Numbered from the stretch's first letter, positions 1-10,730 are shown. The stretch is 32,000 nucleotides of DNA from Candidatus Methylomirabilis oxygeniifera (GCA_000091165.1 FP565575.1:360001-392000), one strand, 5' to 3'. The notes: generated by a model not told the origin, from the letters alone. A program made the numbers and translations.

Positions 1-1
1 C

Positions 2-1406
2 GCGCTCGACATCCTGTTGGCGGCGTTGACCATTATCTTCCTGCTTGCGACCGCCACCGTGCCGCCGTTTTCGATCTACAGCGCTGAGGCCGCCGGGCAG
101 GGCAGCCCCGTGACGGTGACGGTCCTCGTTGCGCTGCTCGTCTGCCTGATCCCCACGACCATCGGCGGGCTGCTGTCATCCATCGGCATCGCCGGGATGG
201 ACAGGATGATCCAGAAAAACGTCATCGCCATGTCAGGGCGCGCCGTGGAGGCCGCCGGCGATGTTGACGTCCTCCTGCTCGATAAGACCGGTACCATTAC
301 CCTCGGCAATCGCCAGGCCACCGCCTTCATACCGACGCAAGGGGTCGATGAGCAGGCACTGGCGGATGCGGCCCAACTCGCCTCGCTCTCCGACGAGACG
401 CCGGAGGGCCGCTCGATCGTCGTCCTCGCCAAGGAGCGGTACGGCCTTCGCGAGCGTGACCTTCACGTCCTGGGAGCGACCTTCGTTCCTTTTACCGCCC
501 AGACCCGGATGAGCGGGGTCAGCCTGAACGGCCGCGAGATCCGTAAGGGCGCCGCGGATGCCATCGAATCATATGTGCGACGCCTCGGGGGGAAGTTTCC
601 GCCGGATGTTCGCGCCAAGGTGGACATGATCGCCAAGCACGGCGGGACGCCCTTGGTGGTCGCCGACGGCGCCAGAGTGCTCGGCGCGGTGCAGCTCAAA
701 GATATCGTCAAGGGAGGGATCAGAGAGCGGTTCCTTGAGCTGAGGGGCAGTGGGGATCAAGACGATCATGATCACCGGGGACAACCCGCTGACCGCGGCC
801 GCGATTGCGGCGGAGGCAGGCGTGGACGAGTTCCTGGCTGAGGCGACGCCGGAGGCCAAGCTCACGCTGATCCGCGAGCTGCAGGCGCAGGGTCGCCTGG
901 TGGCGATGACCGGCGATGGGACCAACGACGCCCCGGCGCTGGCCCAGGCGGACGTCGCGGTGGCCATGAATACCGGGACGCAGGCGGCGAAAGAGGCCGG
1001 CAACATGGTAGACCTCGATTCGAACCCGACGAAGCTCCTGGAAGTGGTCGAGACGGGTAAGCAGATGCTCATGACGCGGGGCGCGCTGACAACCTTCAGC
1101 ATCGCCAACGACGTGGCCAAGTATTTCGCGATCATCCCGGCGGCCTTTGCGACCACCTACCCTGCCCTGGGCGCGCTGAACATCATGCAGCTCGCTACGC
1201 CGGCCAGCGCTATCCTTTCGGCCGTCATCTTCAATGCGCTGATCATCATCGCGCTGATCCCGCTGTCGCTTCGCGGGGTCCGCTATCGGGCGGTCGGCGC
1301 GGCCGTGCTGTTGCGGCGCCACCTGTGGATCTACGGGGCCGGGGGGCTTGTAGCGCCGTTCATCGGAATCAAGCTCATCGATCTCTTGCTCCTGGCCTTT
1401 CCATAA
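2..1406 (+). pseudogene. kdpB: Potassium-transporting P-type ATPase subunit KdpB, 5'-truncated by the window edge and interrupted by a 1-nt frameshift near 744-752
   Basis: ORF 17..841 carries the P-type ATPase phosphorylation motif [13 protein letters not shown] and continues open to position 2. ORF 750..1406 carries [12 protein letters not shown]...[19 protein letters not shown]...[28 protein letters not shown], which is colinear with my recollection of E. coli KdpB. The two halves join at ELRG|VGIK only if one nucleotide is skipped. Confidence 0.9.
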
Positions 1407-1436
1407 GTCGGGTCAACGGCGTCACCAGACAGGGGA

Positions 1437-2018
1437 GTGGATGATATGCGTGCGCATCTCCGACCGGCGATCGTCTCGCTGGCGCTCTTCACGATCCTTA
1501 CGGGACTCATCTATCCGCTCATCGTTACGGGCGTAGCCCAACGGCTCTTCCCGAGGCAGGCCAATGGCAGCCCGATCGTCCGGGACGGCCAGGCGGTCGG
1601 CTCTGCGCTCATCGGGCAGCCGTTTGACGACGCGAAGTATTTCTGGGGAAGGGCATCCGGTACCGCTCCCTTCCCGTACAATGCCGGGGCTTCCTCAGGA
1701 TCTAACCTCGGCCCAACGAACGAGACGCTGCGCAAGGCCATCCGGTCGCGCATCGAGGCCCTGCGTGCGGCCGACCCCAACAACCAGGCCCCTATCCCCG
1801 TAGATCTGGTCACGGCGTCAGCCAGCGGACTGGACCCGCACGTGAGTCCGGCCGGCGCCCTCTACCAGGTCAGGCGGGTCGCCCAAGCGCGCGGGCTGGA
1901 CGACGCCACGGTGCGCCACGTCGTCGAGCAGCACATCGAAGGGCGCCAGCTCGGCATCCTGGGCGAGCCGCGAGTCAACGTGCTACAATTAAATGAGGCG
2001 CTGGACGCGATGAGATAG
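1437..2018 (+). CDS. kdpC: Potassium-transporting ATPase subunit KdpC
   Basis: N-terminal TM helix (AIVSLALFTILTGLIYPLIVTGVAQ) followed by GQPF...ASGLDPHVSPAGALYQ, typical of KdpC. It sits directly after kdpB. The start could be the ATG at 1446 (MRAHL). Confidence 0.9.
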   Translation: MDDMRAHLRPAIVSLALFTILTGLIYPLIVTGVAQRLFPRQANGSPIVRDGQAVGSALIGQPFDDAKYFWGRASGTAPFPYNAGASSGSNLGPTNETLRKAIRSRIEALRAADPNNQAPIPVDLVTASASGLDPHVSPAGALYQVRRVAQARGLDDATVRHVVEQHIEGRQLGILGEPRVNVLQLNEALDAMR

Positions 2019-2056
2019 CACGGCCCGAACGAGGTTCGCAGGATGCTTTCTGAGTC

Positions 2057-4759
2057 ATGACCGTCATGTCCGAACATCGCCCCGATCCTGAGGCCCTTCT
2101 GGCTCGCGTGAAGGAGGAAGCGGCGCGTGAGAAGCGCGGCAAGCTGAAGGTCTTCCTGGGCGCGGCCGCGGGTGTCGGCAAGACCTACGCCATGCTCGAA
2201 GCCGCTCGCGAACAGCGCGCTGAGGGCGTGGATGTCGTGGCCGGCTTGGTAGAAACCCATGGGCGACCGGAGACCGAGGCCCTGCTCCAGGGGCTCGAGA
2301 TCCTCGCCTCTCACCGCCTCGAGTATCGCGGCACAACCCTTAAGGAGTTCGACCTCGATACCGCGCTCACCCGGCATCCCACCGTGATCCTGGTCGATGA
2401 GCTGGCGCATACCAACGCGCCGGGCAGCCGACACACGAAGCGCTGGCAGGACGTCATGGAACTGCTCGGCGCCGGGATCCACGTCTACACCACGCTGAAC
2501 GTCCAACACCTCGAGAGCCTCAACGACATCGTCACCAGGATCACCGGGACAGTCGTGCGCGAAACGATTCCCGACTCGGTCCTCGAACAGGCCGATGAGA
2601 TCGAGCTGATCGACCTGCCCCCTGACGACCTGCTCCAGCGTCTCAAGGAAGGCAAGATCTACGTCCCGGAGCTGGCGAAGGAGGCGATCGGCAACTTCTT
2701 CCGGAAAGGCAATCTGACCGCGTTGCGGGAACTGGCGCTCCGGCGCACGGCCGACCGCGTGGACGCGCAGATGCGCGCCTATATGAGTGACCAGGCCATC
2801 CCCACGACCTGGCCCGTCACGGAGCGCCTCATCGTCTTGGTCGGCCCAAGTCCACATTCTGCCCAGACCGTACGAGGCGCCAAACGGATGGCGGCAGCGC
2901 TTCGGGCGGAATGGATCGCGGTCTATGTCGAGACGGAAGCGTACGCCCGGCTGTCCGAGACGGACCGAAGGCGCGTCGCCGAGAATCTCCGGCTGGCCGA
3001 GCAGCTCGGGGCGGAGGTGGTCACCCTCAGCGGGTCGCAGACCAATGAGAGTGCGGCAGTCCTGCGGTATGCCAACGAACGTAACGTCACCAAGATCATC
3101 CTGGGCAAACCGACCCGCTCCTTGTGGAGGCGGATCGTGGCCGGTTCCATTGTTGACGCCCTTGTGCGCGGCAGTGGTGACATCGATATCTACGTTATCA
3201 GCGGAACGGGGATCCCGCACGCGCCGGTTGCCAGGGTGGAGCGAGCCCCCGAGCCGGACTGGTCAGCCTATGGCCGTGCCGCGACCGTTGTCGCGCTCTG
3301 CACGGCGGTGGCATGGCTGATGTACCCGTATTTCGAGCTTTCCAATCTCATCATGGTATATCTGCTCGGGGTGACCGGCGTTGCCGCCCGCTCCGGACCT
3401 GGCCCCTCCGTCCTGGCCTCCATCCTTAGTGTGGCGGTCTTCGATTTCTTTTTTGTTGTCCCGCACTTTACGTTTCGGGTGGCTGATGCACAATACCTCG
3501 TGACCTTTGCAGTCATGCTCGTTGTGGCCCTCGTGATCAGCGGCTTCACGGTGCGGATTCGCATCCAGGCGGAGTCCGCACGCCAGCGCGAGCGGCGAAC
3601 GGCCGCGCTGTACGCACTGAGTCGCGAACTGGCGAGCGCGCGAGGCGTAGAACACGTGCTGCGGGCCGCCGGGCGACACATCGCTGACGTCTTCGGCGGC
3701 CAGGTCGCGGTGCTGCTCCCGGACCCGAGCGGCCACCTCGGCCTTCAGGTAGGCCCGTCCGCCCAGTTTGAGGTGACTCCCTCGGAGCGTGGGGTGGCCC
3801 AGTGGGTGTATGAGCATGGACAGACGGCCGGTTGTGGGACGTCAACGTTACCGGGAGCTAAGGTCTTGTATCTGCCTTTGGTCGCGTCGCAGGGTATCCT
3901 GGGCGTGTTGGGGCTGCTGCCGGCGGACCCACACTCGCTCGAAGCGCCTGAGCAACTCCATCAGCTCGAGACATTTGCCAATCAGACCGCGCTGGCGCTC
4001 GAGCGCACGCAGCTTGCAGCGGCGGCGCAGGAGGCGCAGGTACGCGCGGAAGCCGAAAAACTACGCAGTTCGCTCCTGAGTTCGGTGTCTCACGATCTCA
4101 GGACACCTCTCGCCACTATCACCGGCGCCGCGAGCAGCCTGTTGGAAGGAGATAAAATCCTCGATGATCAGACCCAGCAAGATCTGCTGGAATCGCTCCT
4201 CGAGGAGGCCGAGCGCCTCAACCGCCTGGTGAACAACCTGCTTGAGATGACGCGGATGGAGTCCGGGACCCTCCAGGTTCGCAAAGAGTGGCATGTCTTG
4301 GAGGAGGTTGTCGGCGCCGCGCTGGGCCGCCTGACGAAGCTCTTGTGCGACCGCCCAGTGACCACGTCATTGCCGGCCGATCTGCCCCTCGTTCCGATCG
4401 ACGACGTGCTGATTGAGCAGGTCCTGATCAATCTGCTGGACAATGCCATCAAGCATACGCCTGACGGCGGCCCTCTGGAGATTACGGTGCGGGCGCACAA
4501 CAGTATGGTCACCGTGGAGGTCGCCGACCGGGGACCAGGCCTGCCGCCAGGCGACGAGGAGAGGGTGTTTGAGAAATTTTATCGGGGATATGGTCTCACA
4601 TCGCGCGGCACTGGTCTTGGGCTGGCCATCTGCCGGGGCATCGTGGAGGCGCATGGCGGCCGCATCCGGGCCGAGAACCGACCGGGGGGCGGCGTGGCGT
4701 TCCGTTTTACCATCCCTCTGACCGGCACACCCCCGGAGCTGGAGGGGATCGATGTCTGA
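2057..4759 (+). CDS. kdpD: Sensor histidine kinase KdpD (KdpD N-terminal P-loop domain, USP, 4 TM, GAF, HisKA, HATPase)
   Basis: GAAAGVGKTYAML Walker A in a KdpD-type N-terminus. Membrane block at about aa 410-500. H-box SSVSHDLRTPLATI. G-boxes DRGPGLP and GTGLGLAICRGIVEAHGG. Confidence 0.95.
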   Translation: MTVMSEHRPDPEALLARVKEEAAREKRGKLKVFLGAAAGVGKTYAMLEAAREQRAEGVDVVAGLVETHGRPETEALLQGLEILASHRLEYRGTTLKEFDLDTALTRHPTVILVDELAHTNAPGSRHTKRWQDVMELLGAGIHVYTTLNVQHLESLNDIVTRITGTVVRETIPDSVLEQADEIELIDLPPDDLLQRLKEGKIYVPELAKEAIGNFFRKGNLTALRELALRRTADRVDAQMRAYMSDQAIPTTWPVTERLIVLVGPSPHSAQTVRGAKRMAAALRAEWIAVYVETEAYARLSETDRRRVAENLRLAEQLGAEVVTLSGSQTNESAAVLRYANERNVTKIILGKPTRSLWRRIVAGSIVDALVRGSGDIDIYVISGTGIPHAPVARVERAPEPDWSAYGRAATVVALCTAVAWLMYPYFELSNLIMVYLLGVTGVAARSGPGPSVLASILSVAVFDFFFVVPHFTFRVADAQYLVTFAVMLVVALVISGFTVRIRIQAESARQRERRTAALYALSRELASARGVEHVLRAAGRHIADVFGGQVAVLLPDPSGHLGLQVGPSAQFEVTPSERGVAQWVYEHGQTAGCGTSTLPGAKVLYLPLVASQGILGVLGLLPADPHSLEAPEQLHQLETFANQTALALERTQLAAAAQEAQVRAEAEKLRSSLLSSVSHDLRTPLATITGAASSLLEGDKILDDQTQQDLLESLLEEAERLNRLVNNLLEMTRMESGTLQVRKEWHVLEEVVGAALGRLTKLLCDRPVTTSLPADLPLVPIDDVLIEQVLINLLDNAIKHTPDGGPLEITVRAHNSMVTVEVADRGPGLPPGDEERVFEKFYRGYGLTSRGTGLGLAICRGIVEAHGGRIRAENRPGGGVAFRFTIPLTGTPPELEGIDV

Positions 4760-5513
4760 TGTTTCGGACAGTCTGACGGCACTGACGGCAGCGGCCCAGG
4801 AGGGGGGACCAGATACTCCCACGCGTGGCCCGGCCGTGGTCCTCATCGAGGATGAACGACCGATTCGGCGCTTTCTCCGCGCCACCCTGGTCAGTCAGGG
4901 GTACCGGCTCTTTGAGGCGGCTACGGGTGAGGAGGGCTTGGCGGAGGCGGCCGCCCGCCCGCCCGACGTCGTCATCCTCGATCTCGGTTTGCCAGACATC
5001 GACGGTCTCGAGGTCATCCGGCGACTCCGCGAGTGGACTGCCGTACCGATCATCGTGCTCTCGGCGCGCGGACAGGAACGCGATAAGATCGCTGCGCTGG
5101 ATGCGGGCGCGGACGACTACGTGAGCAAGCCCTTCGGAGTCGGCGAGCTGCTGGCGCGCATGCGGGTAGTCCTGCGACACGCAGCGCGTAACCTCACGGA
5201 GAATACCGATCCCACGTTCGCGGTGGGCGATCTCCATGTGGACTTGGCGGTGAGAAGGGTTGTGGTCGGCGGAAGAGAGGTTCACCTGACCCCGATCGAG
5301 TACAGGTTGCTGACGACCCTCATTCACTATGCGGGAAAGGTGGTAACCCAGCAGCAGTTGCTGAAGGAGGTCTGGGGGCCCCAGTGTACCGAGCAGGCGC
5401 ATTACCTCCGGGTCTACGTCGCCCAGCTCAGACGGAAGCTCGAAACCGACCCGGCGCGTCCGTGCTACCTGCTGACCGAACCCGGTGTGGGCTATCGCCT
5501 GGCATCGGAATAG
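4752..5513 (+). CDS. kdpE: OmpR-family response regulator KdpE
   Basis: Receiver domain (VVLIEDERPIRRFL...DVVILDLGLPDIDG...SKPF) followed by a winged-helix domain (LTPIEYRLLTTL...VGYRL). The ATG overlaps the kdpD stop (ATGTCTGA). Confidence 0.92.
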   Translation: MSDVSDSLTALTAAAQEGGPDTPTRGPAVVLIEDERPIRRFLRATLVSQGYRLFEAATGEEGLAEAAARPPDVVILDLGLPDIDGLEVIRRLREWTAVPIIVLSARGQERDKIAALDAGADDYVSKPFGVGELLARMRVVLRHAARNLTENTDPTFAVGDLHVDLAVRRVVVGGREVHLTPIEYRLLTTLIHYAGKVVTQQQLLKEVWGPQCTEQAHYLRVYVAQLRRKLETDPARPCYLLTEPGVGYRLASE

Positions 5514-5678
5514 CCGCAGAAGGCCCCGCGCAAGTGAAGAACGGGTGAATAGTGTTCCGTGGAAATCCAGGCTAGTGCTGGTGGATGCCTCCGCGGCAAC
5601 TGCATCCTCAGAATCGTGACACGTTCTGGATGGGAGCCCAATTCATTGATCGAACGGGCTGTGCGTTTGAACCTCCGG

Positions 5679-8507
5679 TCAGCGCCCACCAAGCATTGGC
5701 CCATCGATGGCGGCGCGGACCGCGATTGCCAGGTCGGCTTGGCTGAACGGTTTTCGGATATAGCCGCCGACTCCCAGGTGGTCCAGGGTCCGGCGGATCT
5801 CGTCTGGCGCGTACCCGGTGCCGACCAACACCTTGATATCAAGGTTGATCTCGCGGAGGGCCGGGATCAGGCCTGCCGCCCCCATCCGAGGCATGATCGC
5901 GTCGGTGAGCACCATCGCAATGTTCGGGTGCGTCCGGAAAACGGCCAGCGCTTCGATGCCATCGGCAGCGGTCAGGACGGTGTATCCAAGGTTGCTCAGG
6001 AGGATCTCTCCCATCTCCAGGGAGACCGGATTATCCTCCACAAACAGGAGCGTCTCGTGCCCGTGCGGTATCGCCTCGTTGGCCGAAGGCGTGACGTCTG
6101 CCGGAATGGGCACGGCAGGGAGAAAGACGTAGAAGGCGCTCCCCTGCCCTTCAGCCGTCTCGACTTCGAGCCAACCCTCGTGCTGGTGAACGATCCCGTA
6201 GACCGAGGCCAGGCCCAAGCCGGTTCCATGCCCTGGCCCCTTGGTTGTGAAGAAGGGTTCGAAGATTCGGTCCCGAATGGCGGCCGGGATGCCGGTTCCG
6301 GTATCGGCCACGGTCAGGCAGGCGAACGCACCCGGCCGACGATGCAGGCGATCGCCTAGGCTCGCCTCCGTGAGGATTACCGGAGCCAGCCGGAGAGTGA
6401 GGGTGCCCCCGTGGGGCATGGCGTCTCGAGCGTTGGTGGCAAGGTTGAGGATAATCTGCTGTACGTTGCCCAGATCTGCATTCGCAATAAGGGGCTCGAA
6501 AGCGGGTTCGACCTGGATCGTAATCGTCTCAGGGAATGTTCGCTGCAACAGCTTCCCACTCTCCTTGAGCAGCGGGTTGAGGTCAAGCGGCTTTCGCTCC
6601 AGGGGGGCCTTGCGCGCGAAGGTCAGCAGTTGGCCGATCAGACCGGCGGCCTGGCGGCCCAGTCTCGGGACCCGGCTGAGGTACAAGGCCCCTTTTGAGC
6701 CTTCCGACAACTCCCTTAAGGCGAGCTCCGCAAAGCCGATGATGCCGTTCAGGAGATTGTTGAAGTCGTGGGCGATCCCCCCGGCCAGGAGGCCGATCGC
6801 CTCCAGCTTCTGCGCCTGGTGAAGCTGGTCTTCGAGGTGTCTGTGCTCGGTGATATCCTGTTTGACGGCGATGAAATGGATCACGGCGCCCTGTTCGTCC
6901 AGTACAGGCGCAATGGTTTGATCTTCGGTGTAGAGGCTGCCGTCCTTGCGACGATTGACTGTTTCGCCTTGCCACACTCGACCGGACAGAACGGTCTCCC
7001 ACAGGTTGCGGTAGAACGCCTGATCGTGTCGGCCCGACCTGAGTAAGCGTGGGGTCTGGCCGACGGCCTCCTCGACGGGGTAACCGGTCAACCTTGTAAA
7101 GGCCGGGTTGACCCACCTGATCGTCCCGTTGCGGTCAGTAATGACAATGCCGTTCGCAGCGGCTTCCAGCGCGGCTGCTTGAAGGCGGATCTGCCCCTCG
7201 GTCCGCTTACGCTCGGTAATATCCACCATGATCCCGACGACGCCGGTAATGCCGCCCTTCTCATCCCGAAGCGGTGCCGTCGAGAGGCTGACGTCGATCA
7301 GTGAACCGTCCTTCTTTTGGCGAACAACTTCGAGGCCGACAATCAATTCGCCCGCCATCGCTCGCTCGCAAAGCGCCAGGTACTCTTCGCGTCCGTCGAA
7401 CGGAACAGTGGGCAGCGGACGTGCGAGGACCTCTTCCTGCCGCCAGCCGAACATGCGTTCCGCCGCCGGGCTCCACAGCCTGACGTTGCCCTCTCGATCT
7501 AAAATGGTGATGCCCGCTGCTGAGGCGTCGACGACCGCTTTCAGGAGATCGTACGTCTCGCGCAAGGCCAGCTCCGATCGCTTCCGATCAGTGACATCGC
7601 GCAAGACCCCACGGAAGCCCACAATACGGTCATCCTTCAGGATAGGCACCGACTTCACCTCAACGAATGCGGTCTCTCCATCCGAGCGGACAATCTGTGT
7701 CTCTACCACCTCAACCGACGTCCCGGTCTCTACGTCTCGGGCGAATCGCTCTTTCACGGCACTCAGTTCGGCGGGAGCGACAAATTCCAGGAGGTTTCGG
7801 CCTACGAGCTGCTCCGGACTGTCAACACCATGGATCTTGGCTAGCGCCTGGTTTCCAAAGGTGATAACGCCCTGAACGTCCACGACAAACAGCCCATCGT
7901 TTATCTGGGTCACAAGCGCCCAATATTTCGCTTCGCTTTCCCGCAGAGCTTGCTCCGCCAGCTCGTGTTCGGCGATTTTAGCCTGTAATGCTTCAGCAGT
8001 ACTTGTCAGTTCCCTGGTTCGTTCGCGAACGCGCCCCTCCATCTCGTCGTACGCCGCGTGCAACGCCTCTTGCACTCGGTGGCGTTCGCGGACCTCTTCC
8101 TGGAGCGCGAGATTGGCGGCTTCCAGTTGGGCTGGACTGGGTAGCGCCAGCGCCTTTGGGATCAACGGCCACAGTGCCACCGCAGTCACGACTGATGCAG
8201 TGGCCGTCACAGCCTTCACGACTGCATCGAGCCAATACAGGGGACTCCATATGGTCCATAACGCCATGAGGTGGGTGGTCCCGCACGCAATGATGAACAC
8301 CGCAAAGAACAGAAACACCCGTTTGAAGGCGAGGTCACGCCTCTTGCGGACGAAGTAGATGAGCGCGATTGGGATAGAATAATACGAGAGCGTGATCAGC
8401 GAGTCCGAGACGATATAGAGCCACAACAACGGGCGTGTCCACAGAAAGCAGTAGCCGTGCGGCTCGAAGCCTTGTGGAGTTAAGATGGTCCATAGGAGCG
8501 ACATCAT
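5679..8507 (-). CDS. Hybrid sensor histidine kinase: ETR1-like 3-TM N-terminal domain, coiled coil, three PAS domains, HisKA, HATPase_c and a C-terminal receiver
   Basis: N-terminus [24 protein letters not shown]...[18 protein letters not shown]-box-like segments ([47 protein letters not shown]). H-box [27 protein letters not shown]. Receiver [12 protein letters not shown]...[12 protein letters not shown]...KPF. RBS GGAGGAAGGTG lies upstream of the ATGATG start. Confidence 0.9.
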   Translation of the reverse strand: MMSLLWTILTPQGFEPHGYCFLWTRPLLWLYIVSDSLITLSYYSIPIALIYFVRKRRDLAFKRVFLFFAVFIIACGTTHLMALWTIWSPLYWLDAVVKAVTATASVVTAVALWPLIPKALALPSPAQLEAANLALQEEVRERHRVQEALHAAYDEMEGRVRERTRELTSTAEALQAKIAEHELAEQALRESEAKYWALVTQINDGLFVVDVQGVITFGNQALAKIHGVDSPEQLVGRNLLEFVAPAELSAVKERFARDVETGTSVEVVETQIVRSDGETAFVEVKSVPILKDDRIVGFRGVLRDVTDRKRSELALRETYDLLKAVVDASAAGITILDREGNVRLWSPAAERMFGWRQEEVLARPLPTVPFDGREEYLALCERAMAGELIVGLEVVRQKKDGSLIDVSLSTAPLRDEKGGITGVVGIMVDITERKRTEGQIRLQAAALEAAANGIVITDRNGTIRWVNPAFTRLTGYPVEEAVGQTPRLLRSGRHDQAFYRNLWETVLSGRVWQGETVNRRKDGSLYTEDQTIAPVLDEQGAVIHFIAVKQDITEHRHLEDQLHQAQKLEAIGLLAGGIAHDFNNLLNGIIGFAELALRELSEGSKGALYLSRVPRLGRQAAGLIGQLLTFARKAPLERKPLDLNPLLKESGKLLQRTFPETITIQVEPAFEPLIANADLGNVQQIILNLATNARDAMPHGGTLTLRLAPVILTEASLGDRLHRRPGAFACLTVADTGTGIPAAIRDRIFEPFFTTKGPGHGTGLGLASVYGIVHQHEGWLEVETAEGQGSAFYVFLPAVPIPADVTPSANEAIPHGHETLLFVEDNPVSLEMGEILLSNLGYTVLTAADGIEALAVFRTHPNIAMVLTDAIMPRMGAAGLIPALREINLDIKVLVGTGYAPDEIRRTLDHLGVGGYIRKPFSQADLAIAVRAAIDGPMLGGR

Positions 8508-8953
8508 TGTTCACCTTCCTCCCTCATCCCTGATCTTGTCGCCCAAATACGCGAATGCCCTCTCAGGCCAGTTACGCCCGAGAGGGCGATGAACGTGCAT
8601 CATGCGCTAACCTCATTGTAGGTATCTTATACGGTCTAATAGTAGCTATAAATATCATATACGATGCACATATAGTCTCTATATATATCACTAATTCAGA
8701 GGTTGTCAAACCGTTTCTCACCGTTCTTTGTCCTGTGATAGCCGTGCAGATTGCACTCGCAGACCTTCGTTTGTTCGAATCGATTGCTGGCATTCAACTC
8801 CATTGAGATAGGTATCGCTCTGCGTTTCTAAGGCGTATTTACAGATTCGGAGTAAGGAGAACTGTGGAGGAGAGGGAGCCCGTCGAGTAACATTCCCATG
8901 AGCACAAGAAGTGCGAAGGGAAAGCGTAACGATCAGGTGGTGTATTTGGTCGA

Positions 8954-9262
8954 GTGGTATTTGTGAAATCGGAACTTTTGGCAGGTTTGTGGTCAGAAGC
9001 GGTGGCAGGTTTGACCGGAATATGCACCTATGAGGATCAGATGGACCTTGCCGATTTCACCGCCCTCCTCATTGAGAAATGCGCCGTTCGGAATGTCGCG
9101 TTCATGGGTCCGGAGGACTTTTTCCGGGACACCATACTCGTTTCTATCGAGAAGCGTTGGAGTCAGTGGCTTGGCCCGCTTGTGTCGGCGCTTCCTCTTT
9201 TCGAGACCGTCATCAGTGAACTCCGGCCGCAGATCACGGCTTTCATCTCCACTGTGAAGTGA
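8954..9262 (+). CDS. Hypothetical protein (weak call; alternative ATG at 9041)
   Basis: This is the only sizeable ORF in an otherwise non-coding 0.8-kb gap. I recognise no family, and it has a GTG start. Confidence 0.25.
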   Translation: MVFVKSELLAGLWSEAVAGLTGICTYEDQMDLADFTALLIEKCAVRNVAFMGPEDFFRDTILVSIEKRWSQWLGPLVSALPLFETVISELRPQITAFISTVK

Positions 9263-9290
9263 ATAGTGATCTTGTGCTGATTGTAAGCGG

Positions 9291-10235
9291 CTAGGCGGGT
9301 TTGTCGTCCAGACCGCCCATGGCCAATACCGCGAAGGCCTCGGCGAGTCCCGCCGTCACCCGGGTAAACTCCGGATATGCCAGCTTCTCGGGCGTATCTT
9401 TGCGGGTATGGTAATAGGGGTAGCGGTAGAACGCGGTGTCGGTGACCATGATGGCGCGGTAGCCATGCCGCCAAAACGACCAGTGATCGCTCCAGGCGAC
9501 CCCCGGGACAAAACGGGACGTCGCCACGTGTTCGAGCGGAAAGTCGGAAGCATGGCGGAAGGCCTGCACTGCGCGGCGCATCAGGGCGCGGGAGCGGAAG
9601 TCGGAGACGAAGGTGATGAAGTTGCCTTGACGCGGATAGAAGAACTGGAACAGGGGCGGGTAGTGCTGACTGCCGCGTTCGTCCCGGTAATAACCGATGG
9701 TCTCCAGCGAGACCATCGCGCGAATCGCATCGCCGCGCGTCTGCGCCGCTTTGGCGTAGGCTTCGCTCCCGTGCTTGCGCCTGAAGAAGAAGGGCGGCTC
9801 TTCATTGACGAACGCGACGAAACGCACTGTGACCGCCGGGATCAGTTCGGCAAATAGCCGGGACAGCTCGAGCAGGGCGGAGACACCGCTCGCATTGTCA
9901 TTGGCGCCCGGGCTCCCGCGCACCGAGTCGTAGTGGGCGCCGATCAGCAGGATCTTGTGGGGCCGCGCGCTTCCGAGTCGCGTGACCTCCAGGTTGGCCC
10001 ACCGGCCGCCGGATACCTCGTACCAGTGTGGGGTCACCTGATAGCCCTGGCTGCGCCACTCCTCCTGGATGTAGTGTTCGGCGGCGCGCAGCGCCTCAGG
10101 CCGAAAGACGTTGCGCTCACCGATCTCGCCGGCGAGGTGCTCGACGTGAGCCCGCAGGCGTGAGGCTGAGACCTGCTGAGCGATATGTGCGGTCCCTAAG
10201 GCTGGCTTTGATACGTGTGACATGGTATCATCCAT
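9291..10235 (-). CDS. M28-family Zn-dependent peptidase (aminopeptidase-like)
   Basis: LLIGAHYDSVRGSPGANDNASGVSALLELSR plus the downstream FVAFVNEEPPFF... and SDHWSFW motifs are characteristic of M28 metallopeptidases. Confidence 0.8.
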   Translation of the reverse strand: MDDTMSHVSKPALGTAHIAQQVSASRLRAHVEHLAGEIGERNVFRPEALRAAEHYIQEEWRSQGYQVTPHWYEVSGGRWANLEVTRLGSARPHKILLIGAHYDSVRGSPGANDNASGVSALLELSRLFAELIPAVTVRFVAFVNEEPPFFFRRKHGSEAYAKAAQTRGDAIRAMVSLETIGYYRDERGSQHYPPLFQFFYPRQGNFITFVSDFRSRALMRRAVQAFRHASDFPLEHVATSRFVPGVAWSDHWSFWRHGYRAIMVTDTAFYRYPYYHTRKDTPEKLAYPEFTRVTAGLAEAFAVLAMGGLDDKPA

Positions 10236-10365
10236 CGACGTCAGATCGCGCGAGCCTCAATCCTGATCGATATGGGCTTATCGTGACCGTTTTCCACTCC
10301 TCAATTATTGTACACCAGAGAAGATGCTGCTGTGATAGAAAATCATCAACAGGAGGATGGACGAG

Positions 10366-10701
10366 ATGAGACAGATCGTGGCATTGGGTATCGCAATGCT
10401 TCTGATCGGACAGAGTACTCAAAGCTGGGCAGGATCAGAAGCAAGTAGGCAGCACAGCACGCTCAGACAGGTCGGCACCGGGGTCGGCAGTGCCGTGGGG
10501 ACAATCGTGTATTTCCCGTTCAAGGCAACCTTCTGTATTCTAGGCGGGCTGGCCAGCGGCGTGACCCTGATGGTTGCGGGATCCGAGCAGGCCGGAAGGG
10601 TAGCCGATACCGCCTGTCGAGGGACCTGGACGATTACCCCGGCCGTTGTAGCAGGCGAGGAGCCGGTCTACTTTGTGGGCAATCCCTCCGGACGACAGTG
10701 A
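10366..10701 (+). CDS. Small secreted or membrane-associated hypothetical protein
   Basis: Signal-peptide-like N-terminus MRQIVALGIAMLLIGQSTQSWAGSE. AGGAGG lies 10 nt upstream of the ATG at 10366 (the ORF track starts at 10357). A Gly/Ala-rich hydrophobic core follows. Confidence 0.5.
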   Translation: MRQIVALGIAMLLIGQSTQSWAGSEASRQHSTLRQVGTGVGSAVGTIVYFPFKATFCILGGLASGVTLMVAGSEQAGRVADTACRGTWTITPAVVAGEEPVYFVGNPSGRQ

Positions 10702-10730
10702 GGAGATCGCCAACCTCTTGAAGTTCCCCT

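Noticed and set aside
737-760. Programmed ribosomal frameshift in kdpB
   Set aside because: There is no slippery heptamer or stimulatory structure, and no precedent I know of for kdpB. A second homopolymer-associated break in NfeD makes a sequencing indel or a simple mutation more likely.
1862-3220. 452-aa ORF on the minus strand
   Set aside because: It lies entirely antisense to the well-supported kdpC/kdpD genes and is Arg/Pro/Gly-rich with no recognisable motifs. This is a typical shadow ORF of high-GC DNA.
5559-6359. 266-aa ORF on the plus strand, plus other plus-strand ORFs between 5.8 and 8.5 kb
   Set aside because: They are antisense to the 942-aa hybrid kinase and show no motifs.
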